A DNA stretch of 64,000 bases, taken from contig OZ024741.1 of NCBI GenBank assembly GCA_964016885.1, positions 414,594,001-414,658,000 on the forward strand, written 5' to 3'. A program made the translations under genes and the position numbers. Positions within the stretch are counted from its first letter, which is position 1. Every line of letters starts with the position of its first letter. Below, piece after piece: positions 61,690 through 64,000 of the stretch. Source of the stretch: Eledone cirrhosa (lineage: Eukaryota). The notes beneath the pieces are model-generated. The model did no database searches and had not been told where the DNA came from. It was given only the letters and a program-made list of their open reading frames with translations.

Positions 61690-62720
61690 AGACACCAGGA
61701 GACCTACATCACACATACATAGGTCTGACACTCTACCGAGTATAAGACACCAGGAGACCTACATCACACATACATAGGTCTGACACTCTACCGAGTATAA
61801 GACACCAGGAGACCTACAGCGCACATACTTTGGTCTCACACCCTACCGAATATAAGACACCAGGAGACCTACATCACACATACTTTGGTCTTACACTCTA
61901 GCGAGTATAAGACACCAGGAGACCTACATCACACATACTTTGGTCTTACACTCTACCAAGTATAAGACACCAGGAGACCTACATCACACATACTTTGGTC
62001 TGACACTCTACCGAGTATAAGACACCAGGAGACCTACATCACACATACATAGGTTTAACACTCTACCGAGTATAAGACACCAGAAGACCTACATCACACA
62101 TACATAGGTTTAACACTCTACTGAGTATAAGACACCAGGAGACCTACATCACACATACTTTGGTCTGACACTCTACCGAGTATAAGACACCAGGAGACCT
62201 ACATCACACATACTTTGGTCTGACACTCTACCGAGTATAACACACCAGGAGACCTACATCACACGTACTTTGGTCTGACACTCTACCGAGTATAACACAC
62301 CAGGAGACCTACATCACACATACATAGGTTTAACACTCTACCGAGTATAAGACACCAGGAGACCTACATCACACGTACTTTGGTCTTACACTCTACCGAG
62401 TATGAGACACCAGGAGACCTACATCACACGTACTTTGGTCTTACACTCTACCGAGTATAAGACACCAGGAGACCTACATCACACAGACATAGGTCTGACA
62501 CTCTACCGAGTATAAGACACCAGGAGACCTACATCACACATACTTTGGTCTGACACTCTACCGAGTATAAGACACCAGGAGATCTACATCACACATACTT
62601 TGGTCTGACACTCTACCGAGTATAACACACCAGGAGACCTACATCACACATACTTTGGTCTCACACTCTACCGAGTATAACACACCAGGAGACCTACAGC
62701 ACACATACTTTGGTCTGACA
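61690..62720. repeat. Diverged copy of the A/B junction region ~35400-36430 (offset 26,289 bp)
   Basis: CCCTACCGAA 35552/61841, TATGAG 36112/62401, ACACAGACAT 36192/62481 and GATCTAC 36292/62581. Confidence 0.8.
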
Positions 62721-64000
62721 CTCTACCGCGTTTAAGACACCAGGAGACCTACATCACACGTACTTTGGTCAGACACTCTACCGAGTATAAGACACCAGGA
62801 GACCTACATCACACGTACTTTGGTCTGACACTCTACCCAGTATAAGACACCGGGAGACCTACATCACACATACTTTGGTCTGACACTCTACCGAGTATAA
62901 GACACCAGGAGACCTACATCACACGTACTTTGGTCTGACACTCTACCGAGTATAAGACACCAGGAGACCTACATCACACGTACTTTGGTCTGACACTCTA
63001 CCGAGTATAACACACCAGGAGACCTACAGCACACGTACTTTGGTCTGACACTCTACCGAGTATAAGACACCAGGAGACCTACATCACACGTACTTTGGTC
63101 TGACACTCTACCCAGTATAAGACACCGGGAGACCTACATCACACATACTTTGGTCTGACACTCTACCGAGTATAAGACACCAGGAGACCTACATCACACG
63201 TACTTTGGTCTGACACTCTACCGAGTATAAGACACCAGGAGACCTACATCACACGTACTTTGGTCTGACACTCTACCCAGTATAAGACACCGGGAGACCT
63301 ACATCACACATACTTTGGTCTGACACTCTACCGAGTATAAGACACCAGGAGACCTACATCACACGTACTTTGGTCTGACACTCTACCGAGTATAACACAC
63401 CAGGAGACCTACATCACACATACATAGGTCTGACACTCTACCGAGTATAAGACACCAGGAGACCTACATCACACGTACTTTGGTCTGACACTCTACCGAG
63501 TATAACACACCAGGAGACCTACATCACACATTCATAGGTCTGACACTCTACCGAGTATAAGACACCAGGAGACCTACATCACACGTACTTTGGTCTGACA
63601 CTCTACCGAGTATAAGACACCAGGAGACCTACATCACACGTACTTTGGTCTGACACTCTACCGAGTATAAGACACCAGGAGACCTACATCACACGTAATT
63701 TGGTCTGACACTCTACCGAGTATAACACACCAGGAGACCTACATCACACATACATAGGTCTGACACTCTACCGAGTATAAGACACCAGGAGACCTACATC
63801 ACACGTACTTTGGTCTGACACTCTACCGAGTATAAGACACCAGGAGACCTACATCACACGTACTTTGGTCTGACACTCTACCGAGTATAAGACACCAGGA
63901 GACCTACATCACACGTACTTTGGTCTGACACTCTACCGAGTATAAGACACCAGAAGACCTACATCACACATACTTTGGTCTGACACTCTACCGAGTATAA

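Larger units (their letters stand above)
1..64000. repeat. 55-bp tandem repeat (satellite DNA) array, ~1164 head-to-tail monomers, single orientation, open at both window ends
   Basis: TCTAC starts recur at 1, 56, 111 and onward. The last monomer start is 63987 = 1 + 1164x55 - 34, matching the net -34 bp from the 28 small indels I tallied. No non-repeat sequence was seen. Monomers differ from consensus by only a few substitutions. Confidence 0.99.

Noticed and set aside
1-64000. CRISPR array
   Set aside because: There are no unique spacers. All 55 bp are repeated and no cas genes are present.
1-64000. Repetitive protein-coding ORF
   Set aside because: 55 is not a multiple of 3, so the frame shifts with each monomer. 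The plus strand has TAA (pos 12) and TGA (pos 50), and the minus strand has TGA and two TAG per monomer, so every frame stops within ~165 bp.
1-64000. Sequencing concatemer or rolling-circle artefact of one 55-mer
   Set aside because: Variants recur in identical ordered strings over kilobases, unlike random error, though copy number still needs read validation.
1-64000. Embedded transposon, inversion, telomeric repeat, tRNA/5S unit or CENP-B box
   Set aside because: None seen. Monomer phase is fully explained by 1-2 bp indels and no such motifs are recognisable in the consensus.

Overview
The whole 64 kb window is one uninterrupted, head-to-tail tandem repeat (satellite or very long minisatellite) with a 55-bp monomer. 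The consensus is TCTACCGAGTATAAGACACCAGGAGACCTACATCACAC(G/A)TACTTTGGTCTGACAC (~47% GC). Phase counting gives 1164 monomers plus 14 bp, and the array runs off both ends. I see no genes, RNA genes, mobile elements or CRISPR spacers, and I cannot assign the repeat to a named family or organism. The interest is in its internal organisation. Variant monomers form a nested higher-order-repeat (HOR) hierarchy (6-, 16-, 18-, 29-, ~80-, 101- and ~153-mers; an ~9.7 kb copy at +18,514 bp; an older copy at +26,289 bp). There are two sub-domains with different diagnostic variants, CpG-deamination-type variants, variants that perfect quasi-palindromes, and a possible ancestral 19+19+17 bp sub-repeat. All of this was read by eye, so boundaries are approximate. 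I found no evidence for a new gene-based system.
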